A stretch of DNA of 64,000 nt, taken from contig OZ374561.1 in the NCBI GenBank assembly GCA_977862235.1, positions 124,001 to 188,000 on the forward strand. The letters are read 5' to 3'. This DNA is from Dudresnaya verticillata. Lineage: Eukaryota. Below are positions 22,465 to 34,342 of this stretch, one piece after another. A program made the position numbers and the translations under genes. The notes below the pieces were generated by a model. That model had not been told where the DNA came from and did not search any database. It saw only the letters and a program-made list of their open reading frames with translations. The stretch's first letter is position 1; each line of letters opens with the position of its first letter.

Positions 22465-25400
22465 GATTCAGGTTTCGATGCAAGCTAGAGAAACAAGGCA
22501 GATTTTCTTCGTTCTACGAAAAGCCGCAAGAATCCACGAAACATTACCGTTTACCTCAACGGCAATGACCCCAACCGAACCTCAGAACTTTCTCCAGCTC
22601 AAGGCTTGGACATGAAGGCGTACACTTGGTGAATCCCTCAAGCTCTTGCAGCTGAACAATATCCTTCGATTCTGACGTGGCGGGTGTACGGTAACACCGG
22701 GATTGCTTGCTCGAAGTGGGAGGCACACGAAGAACAGACTCCTACACAAGATTCCGCCCGATTTGATCAGATTTCCTTCGAATTTTAAGTGTAAATCAAC
22801 GAACATTTTTCGTAGCCAAAGGGCAATTGACACAGGCCCTTGCAATTGAAAGGCTCAATCGAGGGCAGAATCATCAACTACATAAAAGAGCATCCCACGA
22901 CACGTACCATTTGACAAAAGCATTGTTAGATTGCAAGCGCAGTGAAAAGGCTATTATTGAACATGATTACATCCTTGACAGTATTTCGAAGGAGGAGAAG
23001 AGTAGGGCATTTGTGCAAGGAAACTTGCCGTCATTGCATAACTTGTGGTATCAGGAAGCACCCAATTCGTTGCACATTCGATCTGCTACTGTACAGTACG
23101 TGCTTTATAGCTTCTGCATGGCCCATTAATGCAATCTTTGGAGGGCTACGATGACCCTCATTTTCGCCATCTGGACCACCATCAACATGACATATTTGTC
23201 CAGCCATCAGCTCATACAAGAAAGCTGAGAATGCCGTATGTACGCACAGGCGTCCGCCTCTCAGTTTGACCTCCAGCATCGAAGTTCGGTAGAAGCACCT
23301 TTTTCAGTTTTAACGCAACAAACTATTTAGTCGTATCCACCCCGCAGCAGAACTCGTCGCCACCATATACATAGTATGGTTCATAGCTCCGCAAGAATGC
23401 AGAACTCAGTCTACAAGATTAGTTCGTCAAGCGGACGACGTCCCCCAACTTAGGCACTCAGTGCCTGAGACACAGGCCGTTGTCAATATATTGAGTTTCG
23501 CATTGTAAGTTAGCTGCCCCAGTGTGCACGTATGGCCACAACGACATCACTCTATTCTTCCTCGGGTCGACGGTCTCCGTTGCTTACAGTATAGGTAGTT
23601 AATATTGATGATGTCCGGCTGGACAGAGTTGCTACAATGCCTTCAGGACGGGACGTTTTGGTTGTTGTGGTCCACTAGTCGAGAAGAAACCCGTTCTGGA
23701 TCTAGGTTTGGCTTTCCAGTGCTCTCACTGTCGATGCCAGGTTGTTCGTAGAATTATCGCGGAGCTGCTAAGGCCGTGCCGTGTTCTATTTGTACGCCTG
23801 TCACTTGTCCCACGGGTAATGGAAGCCACCAATGGAGCTGAATAGACTAGAGGAATGGGATGGCGCTCTAGTCATGAGTAGGTTAATGTTCTCGGGATTC
23901 CTGCAAAACTGCAAGGTTGCAGGTCAAAACAGTCTCTTACTCTTTGCAGTACCATGCGAGTATGGAGTCAGAAACCCAACCAGCATATACCCATCGCTCT
24001 ACGCTACAACAGCAATGAACTTTCTAGACAAGCAATCTTCGTGCGAATGCCTCTCCTACCCAGCAGGCGTCACGTGACTACTTCTGGAATTCTTCGGAAG
24101 TTTGCGACGGCGTGCATTATGCATTACTGAGATGACCTTCGGAAAAAATCATGCAGAATCCGCAGCAGGTTGCTTATTTCTTTTTCGTCAAGAAGTCGGT
24201 TGGCACGCATTGCTTCTGTGGGAACCTTTACGATGAAGGCGCCTCGCACTGACGCGAGCTCTTCGCCGCATTGCCCAGTCACCGAAATGGCCGAGGTCTT
24301 ATCCCCACTAGTAATACTAATATATTGGCCGTGGTCCTATTGTCATGCATTTCATGGCAGGTCCAGTAAGGGGCGAAAAAGGTCAGCCGACATGGTGCGC
24401 GGGTCGTGTGGTGACTTGGCGCCCGGAAGCGCAATGGTTGCTAGCTTCAGCCGCGCTCCAAGCCAATATGCAATGCAAACGAGGGGCTCAGCGCTTGCTG
24501 CCCTTGACATTGAGGACGATGCAGTGCCGTGGTGTGGAGAAGCGCGAAATCTTCTTTTGTCGTTAAAGTATGATAGTGAACAGCGAGGACGAGCACTTCG
24601 CCCGTGCTACAGCACTGCTGAAGTATAGTAGTAACAGTGAACGACGGGGAACACGTTGGCTTGAACCGACCAAATGGCGTGTTCCCGGGGCTTGTTTTGT
24701 GTTCCGCATTCACATCGTACAGTAGCTGCTCCGGTCGAGGACGACACTCTAGCCCAAAAGTGCCACGTGTAAGCTAGAAGAAAATCATTCCACGGAATAC
24801 TCATATACACTGTAGCAAGCGCCTTCGCATTATGGAGCTGGTTGAAACCAAAAAAGGCCCAAGTTTTAATTTTAGTACAGCTACTATACCAAAGAAAAAC
24901 TTCTTCCGCTCTTCCGCTGACGACAAGTCCAGATCCTCGTCACGACGACTCATCACAAACTATGCTGTTTCGACACGGAGATTGTAATAAAGATTGTTAA
25001 GAGCGAGAGAGTACTAGTGTACCTGTGCATAGATTGGATAGTTTTGTCCCAATTTGTTTCCTCTTCCTCTGAACCACAGCTCTAGATGAATGCCTTGGTA
25101 AACAGGAATACGAGGAAGGTACAGTGTTGTGAAGATTTGGAGATAGTGGCTGGCTCAGGGCCTGAATCAGGCGACTTGATCGAATCGCGGATACAGTGAG
25201 GACAATCAAACAGAAAGACCCTCGTGTGGGCATGATGAACATACAAAGGGTCACTTTTCGTCATCTACCTGTTGCACATTCGCGAGCTCGATCCAAAAGA
25301 CAGACACTTGGGAGTGGCCTTCCTCCTTTTCAGGGTACACCAAAAGAAGCCGCGGCATCACTCTGTTGGTGTTGCCTCGTTTTATTATTACTGGGCCGCT

Positions 25401-26519
25401 GGAAACTATCCTGGAGTTTATCAACTTTCGTGTAAAAAGGGGTTTCTTTGCATTGCGAGGAATGTTGCACTTTGCTGGTGCAAGTATTGGTATGTCCCAG
25501 AAAAAGTAGGATTTTCACGTTCTTGTGCATTCTAGAATGGTTGCCCTTCCTTGCCGGGATTGCAAGTGGAAGCAAGGCGGGAGTTGTTGGCGTGGGGTTT
25601 GCAAAAAGTTTGCGCACAGTTCAGAGAGTGAGAGCGGTTGTATTTCTCGAGCATGTTTTCCAGGTAACTAGAAAGTATTGTAGAAAGAATTGTATAGTTT
25701 AAGAAAGGACCTGTTGTATATTTCGAGGCGCAATACTGTGTAGGAAGCACGACTGAATTCAAGTTGTCGATCAGCATGACGATAGTGTTGTTTGCATGTG
25801 TAATGTTGTTGAAAAGTGATTTCATATGCAGTATTGTATATGGAGCAGTAGGTCAGGTGCACAGTAAACAATTGGCGTTGTGCGGTCGGGGACAGACCGG
25901 GGCATGGCAATGGCGGGGCATTGTGTTTCTCTACGTTCTGCAAGTGAAGGCCGGGGTTGGCGACTGATGTTGATATAAACGATAACAAGGTGATGTGCGC
26001 TCACAGTTGACACATGATGTTGGTGTGAACGATATCAACTGAGAGTGAGAGTTGAGTTGATATTGTTTGCATGAGAAGTGGCAGCAACACAGGAAATGAT
26101 AATAATAGTCACTCGGCCGCGGTGTCGACGACGTGAGTCAAAGCACTGTTCTACTGTAGTGAAGAGTTGTATTTGCGCAGTTGGAAGTGATCTTCTCCAT
26201 TGAGCATTGTTGAAGCTGACTGACTACTATGTAATAATGACTCATGCACTCGCCGGGGCGAATGCTTTTTTGTTGACACCCTCGCTTGCATCGAGATGAC
26301 AAACGCAGACGCACACATGATGTGCGTGCTCACGCACACAGACACACAACCAAAGCACGCGCTTGCTCAAAATGGCAAAATGGGCGCCCCTGCACCCTTT
26401 TGCGTGCGGAACGCTGCAAACAATAATCAGCGAGCTCGTGGTGCTAAAGTACAAAACAATAATATTATGGGAGCGCGCTGCAGACGACTGTTACGGTATG
26501 TATATGTACAATGTAGATG

Positions 26520-28186
26520 TGTGCCCCGGCCGCGCGCGGCCGCGCGCGGGCCAGCGACGCTTTTGTGTTTGTAACCGCGCGAGCGGAAGGGAGGGGTACG
26601 TGATTCGAGCTTTATTGGGGGCCTCGCGCTAGGAAAATTGCGACGGGAGGGGTACAGTTTCGACGCGCGCGGATACGAGCGAACAACAAGCTCGGCGGCG
26701 GGCCGGCGGCCGCCGCTGCTGCTGCTGGTGTTTCAGCCGCGCTTTTGTTGGTGCTGTTGACAGCCGACAACGCGGCGTCTGCGGGGCGGCGCGGCTGTGG
26801 CCGCGCGTCTGTCGCCCGACGGACGCCGCGCGCGGGCGCGGTCGCGGTGCGGAACGGCGAGGCGCGGGCGCGGACGTGCGCGGGCTGCGCGAGGCGCGCA
26901 CGCACACACGGTCCCCCGCGCGCAATTACAGCGGCGCGGGAGGGCGTCTGGCGCCGTTTAGCGCGCGCTCCCACGCCGCGCGCGGCTCGCTCGCGTAAAG
27001 CATAACGTTCGCGCAGCGGCGCTCAACGCCGCGCCACCGCGCGCAGCGCGCGCCAGACGGGAGCGCCCGGGCGAGCGTGTCGACTGCGACTCGCGCACGT
27101 TTTTGAATCAGCCAGCGAGCAGCCGCCGCGCGCCGCGGCGCGCGGCCATTGGCGCGTTTGAATTCCGAAATCGCCCGCGCTCGCAGCGCACGGCGCGCGC
27201 GCGCCGCCGGATCTGTGCGCCGCGCTCGCGCGCCCGCGCCGCGCGGCCGGCCCCGTTCCCCTCCGCGCCCCACCCGCGCGCCAGCGCGCCGCGCGACATT
27301 GCGCAGCGCCGTTCGGTGCCGGCGCGCGCGCCGCCGCCCGGCCGCTCCGTGCGCCGCGCGCGGCACGCAGGCACAGGACGGCAGCGCTCGCGGCCGCGCG
27401 TCGCCGCCGCGCGCGCGCGTGCGAGCGCGGGGCGCGGTCGTCTTATCGCGCCGACGCTTGCTGCTCGCTTGCGCTGCGCTCCATCTGCGCGCTGCGAGGG
27501 CGGACGCGCAAAACCGTACAGACCGCGCAGCAGTAGAGCGAAACTGCGCGCCGGCATGACTGTACAATGACAACGCGCCCGCGCACGTCCTCGCTCGCCA
27601 ACGGCAGCCGCCACGCCGCGCCGAATAATCCGGCGCGGAGTGCGCAAGCGCGCGCCGCGTGGTATGTCATCCCTCGCGCAGCGGCGCGAAACAGCAGCGG
27701 CAACGGCTCTGTCTGGCGCTACGCGCGGCCGCGCTGGCCCGCGCGCGGTCTCACGAGCACGCGGCGCGCCACGCGCCTGCGGAGCGGCAGCCCCCCCCCA
27801 CCCACACCCACCTCCGCGCGCGAAAAGCGCGCGCGCGTGCCGCCCCGCGCTCCCGCCAATTCGGGCCACGGCGCGCGCGCACCCCCACCGCCGCATCCGT
27901 CGCCCCGCCGCAATCCCGGTCGCACGCACACCACCCCGCAGCGGCACCACCACCGCCACACCGCGCCGCGCCTATCTTCTCACACCACCACCGCCACCGC
28001 CTCGCTACACCACCCGTCATAACTAAAAAACAATCCACCGACACGACACAGCCCCCTCCCCCCCCCTCCGCTGCCGCTGCCGACCGACGACGCCGCCGCT
28101 CGCAAATCCCCTCCATCCACCCGAACCTCCGTCCCCCCCCATCCCCCACTACTCCACCCCCCCCCCCCCATCCCTCCCCCGCCACC
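26520..28186 (+). promoter_or_regulatory. GC/CpG-rich promoter and 5' leader of the Pro-rich gene
   Basis: Extreme CG density; ATTGGCGCGTTTGAA at 27148-27162, TCCCGCCAAT at 27851-27860; poly-C runs just before the ATG. Confidence 0.5.
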
Positions 28187-29371
28187 ATGCGCGGCCTCAG
28201 CTTCTCCGCCACGCACCGCCGCCGCAGCACCGACCGCCCGCGCTCCGCCACCCCACCGTCGTCGTCCACGTCGTCGTCAACCGCGCCGGCCTCATCCGCC
28301 GCGTCCGCGTCCGCGTCAGCCGCGCTGTCGCACGCGTCGCTCGCCCCGCCGCGCAACCTAATCAAGCGCCTCTCCACCACGCTGCGCCGCCGCTCGTCCC
28401 CGCCGGACCCGCTCGGCCTGCCTCCGCGCCGTTCCCACGACCCCGCCACCACCGCCACCACCGCCACCCGCCCGCCCGCCCCGGCCCTCGCCCCGCGCGC
28501 CACCACCTTCTCCGTGCCCGACTCGCGCGCCCCGCCCGGGCACGCCGCCCCGCCCACCGCGCGCGAGCGCGACATCCCGTTCTTCGCAGACCCGGCCCGT
28601 CCGGACCGTGCCAAGCGCGCCGTCGCCGTCGTGCGCGGCCGCCCGCCCGCCTGGACCCCGCCCATCCCGCCGCCGCCGCCACCGCCACCGCCTGCGTCTC
28701 CGTCTCCGCAATCGCAGTCGGCCGTCCCCGAGCACGCAGTGCTGCGCGACGCCAACCACCGCCCGACACCACACACCCGCAGCTTCTCGGTCGACCCAAC
28801 CCCGCCCACCGCCGCCCCCATCGCCCCGCGCGCCCGCTCCATGAGCGCACCGTACGCCCCGACCTCGGCCCCACACAAACCCGAGCCCCGGAAACGTGGC
28901 GCCTCCCGCTGGCCCATGCCCCCCGCGGAGAGCCCTGCCCGCCCGCGCCTCTTCACCCCGCCAGCTGGCACCCCGCTCGACCGAGTCACTGCCCGCCGCG
29001 ACCGCACCGAGGCCCGCGTCCTTGTTAGCGCATGTACCTTTTTGGAGGCTGAGATTGGCCGAATGCGCGCCATGCTCAAGGATGGCGGCTATGGCCCCGT
29101 CGCTTGCTGTTGCAAACGTGCCGACGCGCAGGTTGCCATTTGTGAGTGCGGCCTCAGAGGCTTTGTAGGTGAGAGCATGGAGAGGCTGCACGGCGTCCTT
29201 CGGATTCTGGAGGAACGGTACGAAAGCATAGAGCAGGTTTATGTTAAGAGCGAGGAATATGCCATTGCTATGGGCAAGTTTTTTGAGGTCAGTCCGCACG
29301 TTATTAATAAGCTCGCAGCAGGACACCGGGACCTGGCTGGACGGGGAGAGAAGAACAGGTCATTTAGGTGA
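28187..29371 (+). CDS. Pro/Ser/Arg-rich protein with C-terminal helical, Cys-cluster domain
   Basis: ATG in gccaccATG context, 394 aa; disordered N-terminus; C-terminal ~130 aa with CCCK...CECG. Confidence 0.7.
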   Translation: MRGLSFSATHRRRSTDRPRSATPPSSSTSSSTAPASSAASASASAALSHASLAPPRNLIKRLSTTLRRRSSPPDPLGLPPRRSHDPATTATTATRPPAPALAPRATTFSVPDSRAPPGHAAPPTARERDIPFFADPARPDRAKRAVAVVRGRPPAWTPPIPPPPPPPPPASPSPQSQSAVPEHAVLRDANHRPTPHTRSFSVDPTPPTAAPIAPRARSMSAPYAPTSAPHKPEPRKRGASRWPMPPAESPARPRLFTPPAGTPLDRVTARRDRTEARVLVSACTFLEAEIGRMRAMLKDGGYGPVACCCKRADAQVAICECGLRGFVGESMERLHGVLRILEERYESIEQVYVKSEEYAIAMGKFFEVSPHVINKLAAGHRDLAGRGEKNRSFR

Positions 29372-31234
29372 AGTTGATGTTGCTGTTGCCCTTGTTGTCT
29401 CGGGGAAGGCTCATGTTTTTCGGGTTGCTGCCAATTGTTTAAGGTTCGCTGTTGTTTTGACTTTGACTTTCACTTCTACTATACGCCTGCTGAGATCCTC
29501 TTTGTTTTGCTCTCAGTGGTCTTCGCATCACTTTAAGGTAAAAGGGAGAAAGGCCTTACTTAACCGCCATCTGTTGCATGCTGCCGTGATTACGAAGGCT
29601 ATTATCGTCGTTGACGTCATGCAAGACCGCTTGATATGACGTCATTTTCTCTCTAGATAGTAGGTTTGGCAAGCAAGCAGCATGTCTTGTTCTACGAGCC
29701 TCTCTACTCCGAGACGCAGTCAGCACTCATTGCTGTCCGTTTGGCACCTATCGACCATCTCTCACCATATTCCGTAGCGGCAATATCGACAACAGGAAAA
29801 ACGGATTGAGACGCATCACTCATCATCATCATCACACACTCAACTAAGTGTCTAGAAGGAGGCTAAGGCGCTATATCGAAAACGTAGCTTTTCCATTGTC
29901 CTTACCCATATAGAACACATCGGCCCTCCAAAATCTGTCGCGCAATGCAAGCTTCGTGAGCCACGTCACCTGAGAAGCAGCGATCGCAGCTTCATCAAGC
30001 CAAGCCGTCGCGCCGGGTCTCACTATGGTACGCCTCTTTCCCGCTCTCCCCCAAGCCTCTCTCTCCCGCCGAATAGACTTGCAGCAGCACGGAAGCACTC
30101 CACGCCTGCAGAGTCTTGCGATTCGCAACCCGTCGCTGTCATTGAAGTCCCCTCCATTGTTGAACGATTGCCGTCAGTGCTAGAGTAACATTACTGTTAA
30201 TGCTACGGAATCAGTGCAGAGGACCCTTGCCAAGCAGCGAGCGACGCAGCGTAGCACCCGATATGGTTCGGACACGCTCCGACCCAGGCTTCCATCGCGC
30301 TGCATCTCTCAATCACACTCACTCGCACGATGCAGCCATCAAGACACACGCAATAGCAAGGCAAGGCGGTTTACACAGAGGAGATCAACCTCTGCCAACC
30401 GTCATCCAGGGCTTCAGCACTGACCGACGCCACAACCATTTTGACACCGTTAGAAAAGGTCTAACTCTACCGTTGCCGCGACTCTCCCGCGCAGCGTCTT
30501 GCCCATTCCGTTGCCATCCGTGCTATTCGAGGCAGCGCACTGAAGCCAAGGAGCTGGCTGCAGCCCCTCTGTGCGGTGCGGTTCGAAGATTCCATTCCGC
30601 TTCATGTCGGACTTATCACATCGTCACGAGACTCTGCATCCCTCCCGGGCGTAATGGGGTTGGACGGTTGGGCGTGCTCTCTCACTCCCGTCAAGCGTGC
30701 AGTAATTTCTGCTCCTCTCGCCTCAGAACGTCTACTATTGACTAGCACAGTACTGTACGATTCGGTACAGTCCTACTAGTCTTGTTCTCGGGTATAACGG
30801 AACCCTTGTTATAAAGCTACTGTACGCCACCAGTATCTACGGACAGCATCAAGACAGGTATTCGGATGGCACAGAGGCTGTTCTTAAAAAGAAGTTGTAA
30901 ATGCCTCGGCGAGCAGTACATAGATGACGAAATCGGCTGATCAAACTCCCCGGATCGACGGAAGGCGAGTTCAAGAAAAACATTACCTCCCTCGTCCCAT
31001 GCACACGGGTGAGTACGGTACCTTCCCTTCGGTACCCTTGGCAAGGTACGTACAGTAAAAGCAGTCAGCAATGTCTCAAAAGCGGCCCCTTTGATTTCCT
31101 GCCACTGGCAGGTTGCCAGGACGCAGTTGCAGCAAGAAACAGTTGCACCATACGTAATGTTAATGGATGCTTGCTAGAGGACTACAGCGACAGCGACATC
31201 GCCAACCTGGAAGAGCTGAATACTGTATGAAAAC

Positions 31235-31251
31235 GTGTGTGTGTGTGTGTG
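31235..31251. repeat. (GT)n microsatellite
   Basis: Read directly from the sequence. Confidence 0.8.
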
Positions 31252-32749
31252 CGGCAAGGCCGACATGCGGCGACATGCGGCCGGATCGAAGGCCTACATC
31301 AAAGTGACGTGACAATGAGTTTCGGGGTCGACATCGATGAGCGATGAGTTTCGGGGAAACTCTCCCTTCAGGGCGTTCAAATCGGAATCCTGCCGTTTCG
31401 GCGCATGGCAGCATGGCAAGACACATCCCAACTGGGGATGCAAAACAAACTCAGATGGGTCCATTGTTGCCCGTGTGCTTCACATTCACAGACACATTAT
31501 TGGTGTTGACACCGGTTGCTCGCACCAGCCGGTGTTGATGCAGTGCATTCCACCCCTGGGAACGCCGCGCTTTGCCAATGACACTATTTCCACGACGGGA
31601 AGGGTGGACAAGGGGAACGAGGTTGCGACTGGAGCTCGCCCTCCCTTCTCCAGGCTGGAAGGTCCTGACGGGATGAGAGAGCCCCGCATTTGAATTCGGA
31701 AAAGCAGGATGTTGTGCGAGCAGTAGATGCCACGATTGTCGACAACGATGGCTAGGAAGGGGAGGTTGCCACCGATGCAGTTGTAACAAGTTTTGAATGC
31801 ATGGAAGGCACTGGAGTCGTTCCACCCCGGTCATCAACAGCACGAAGCACGAGGGCCATTTTTGTCTGTTTGGCTCACAAACTTGCGACGAAGCACGTGT
31901 CCGCCCGAAAGTGCGGTCGCGGTCGAAACGGGCTCGTGGCGCTGATCGGCATTGCAACGGTGTGCAGACGCGCGCATGTACGCTCGCTAGCAGGTACGGG
32001 TCTCTCGGCTCGGCGTGAACGCGGTGTCAGCAAGCAGCGGGTGGTGGGGCAGTCAACGCTGCACAGAACGCAGTTGATGAGGCTGAGTGCCGCGCGGGGC
32101 ACGCGGCGGTATCATGGACCGTTCGCATTCCGGCGCGCGGTGTGTACATTGTGGACGGGTGATGGGGATCGGAGGCGGAATGATGCGGAGAGGGGATCGG
32201 GCTTGCAGAAGCCGTTACGCGACGCGGGGCTGGGGCCGGGGGCGGAGGGATGGGTACAAGCGGATGCGGCGCGATGGCGTTCAGGTGCGGAGGCGGAGGC
32301 GGGGTGCTGTGCATGGCTGTGGCGAAGGGATATGTGCGGGTGGGTAGGCCTTGCTTGTGGACGCAGCATGGAGTGCAAGGAGGCGGGCGTTTCTTTTCGC
32401 GTTGCGCTTCGGCTTTGCGGTACGAATGATTTCCCTTCCAGAGTTGCGTTTGGTCGGAACATGCTGTTTTTAAGGCTCGGAGCGGCAAAAGCACTGCAGG
32501 ATGGTGTGCAAGCAGGTTGTGCACGTGCACAACTGGCGCAGGGCTTCGAAGGCGACGCGAAGCGCGAAGGGGAAGGGAGGGCGGTTGCGGTTGGGGACGC
32601 GGTGATTGGACGGCGGTCGGGGAGATACGGTATCGGGCCGCCCGGGAAGCATCCGCCGCTGCGCGCGCAGGCCGGTGTCAGTGTGGAGTGCTCTTTGTGC
32701 AACTCCGAGGAAAGGTGGGTGCGCGGTGTCTGCGCGACTTGGTCGCGGT

Positions 32750-34342
32750 TGTGGGAGGCGCATGTGATTGCGCAGCAGTGCGGACGCGGTTCGGTTCCGC
32801 AGGTTGCGCAAGCGCGGCGAGACGCGCCCCGCGCCGGTTGCGCCGGCAATCGGCGCCGAGCAGCACCTATGGTGGAGCGTTGTACTGTCGCTGTGCGTGT
32901 GTGCAACAGTGCGTGCACTCGCACCCGCGCTCGCGCGCACCAACAAACCGCGCAGGCAGCGCGGCGAGCGAATAGGCGCGCGCGGCGGCGGAGAAAGAGG
33001 GAGAGAGAGAGAGAGAGAGCGGACTGTGTCTTGCCCTGGCGGAAGCGCAGCAGCAACATTGCCCCACACGCCGCACTCGCGCAGCGGGTGTTGTCGCACG
33101 GCTGGCGCGGCGCCGCGCGAATCAACGCGCGTTGCTGATGCCATCATTCTGTAGACTTTCAGGCGCGGTTGCCGGCGCGTCGGCGCCGCGGTGCTCAGGT
33201 GCGGCTTTGTCGTAGGTGCAGAGCCCCTGCGCGCGCGTGTGTGTGTGCACGCGGGGCTGCGGGTGGGGCGTTCGCGCGAGGAGGGGCAGGGAAAGGAAAC
33301 GCCCAGTGCCGAGCTGGCGGGGCATGTCCGCGCGCATGGCGTGCAGAAGGGGCGTAAGCGACGCGCCGGCGATTGGCGCAGATGGCACGCGCCGCGCCGC
33401 GGAGATATCTTTACAGCGCGGCGGGGACACGCGTCGGCCATGCTTGGGCGCGCACGGGGCAGATCGGGCCACGACGGCGCGCGCGCGGGCGAATCGGCAA
33501 CGTGACCGCGCTCGTCGGCGCGGTGGCGCGAACTGGGTGGCGCGCAGGTACGCTGCTGCCGGTGGCGCGGCGCGCGCGCGCGCGCGCGCGCGCGCGTTGG
33601 GCGGGGCCGGACCCGACCGGCAAATTACAGCAACGACGCGGAAATTCGCGCGCGCGGACAGGCCGGCCGCGCGGCCGACGTTGCGCCAGCGCGCGCGCGC
33701 CAAGTGTTCGCGCCGCGCCCCGAGCGGGGCCGCGACGACACGCGGCGGGCCGCGTGGAAGACAGAAATCGTGCTCGCCATGCGCGCGCGGCCGAAGCGCC
33801 CCGATCCGCCGGTGTATGCTTTTCGGCCGCGCGCCCAATGCCGCTGCTCCGCGTGTCCGCGCGCCGCTCGCCGCGCGCCGCGCGGGGGGCTCGGCGCTGC
33901 GTGTGGAGTTTCCACCGACACCGCCGTGCATGCGCGACGGCTGTTGCAGGCCGCCTCTCCCCTCGTGCGCGCGGACAATCGCGATAATTTCAAACGCCGC
34001 CCCGCGCGCCCCGATCGGGGCCGGCGCCGGCCAACCGCGGCGCGCGCAACCCTCCAGCGCGAATCGCAAAACGCCGGCTGGTTGGGCGCGTCGGCAACCA
34101 CTCACAACCCGCCCAAAAGCCTGCATCCAACCCCCGCACACCGTCCCCGCCCCCCCGCCCCCCCACCCACCCCCCGCCTGCCCCGCGCACGCGGTGTTTC
34201 CCACCCGCCGCAACACAACCTGTCCCCTCCCCGCGCCCTGCCCGCGCCCGCGCACCCCGCCTGCACCACCCCGCGCCAGCCAACCACCTCCGCCGCGTCC
34301 CCCCACCCCCACCGCACCCTCTCCCCGGCCCCACCCCCCGCC
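32750..34342 (+). promoter_or_regulatory. GC/CpG-rich promoter and 5' leader of NF-YA
   Basis: Extreme CG density; ATTGG at 33372, CCAAT at 33835, TTCAAA at 33989; (GA)n at 33001-33019; C-rich leader. Confidence 0.5.
33571..33596. repeat. Perfect (CG)13 tract
   Basis: Read directly from the sequence. Confidence 0.9.

Noticed and set aside
26600..29330. Many long overlapping Arg/Ala/Gly/Pro ORFs on both strands
   Set aside because: Stop-codon scarcity in extreme-GC DNA; only 28187..29371 has a good start and a folded-looking domain.
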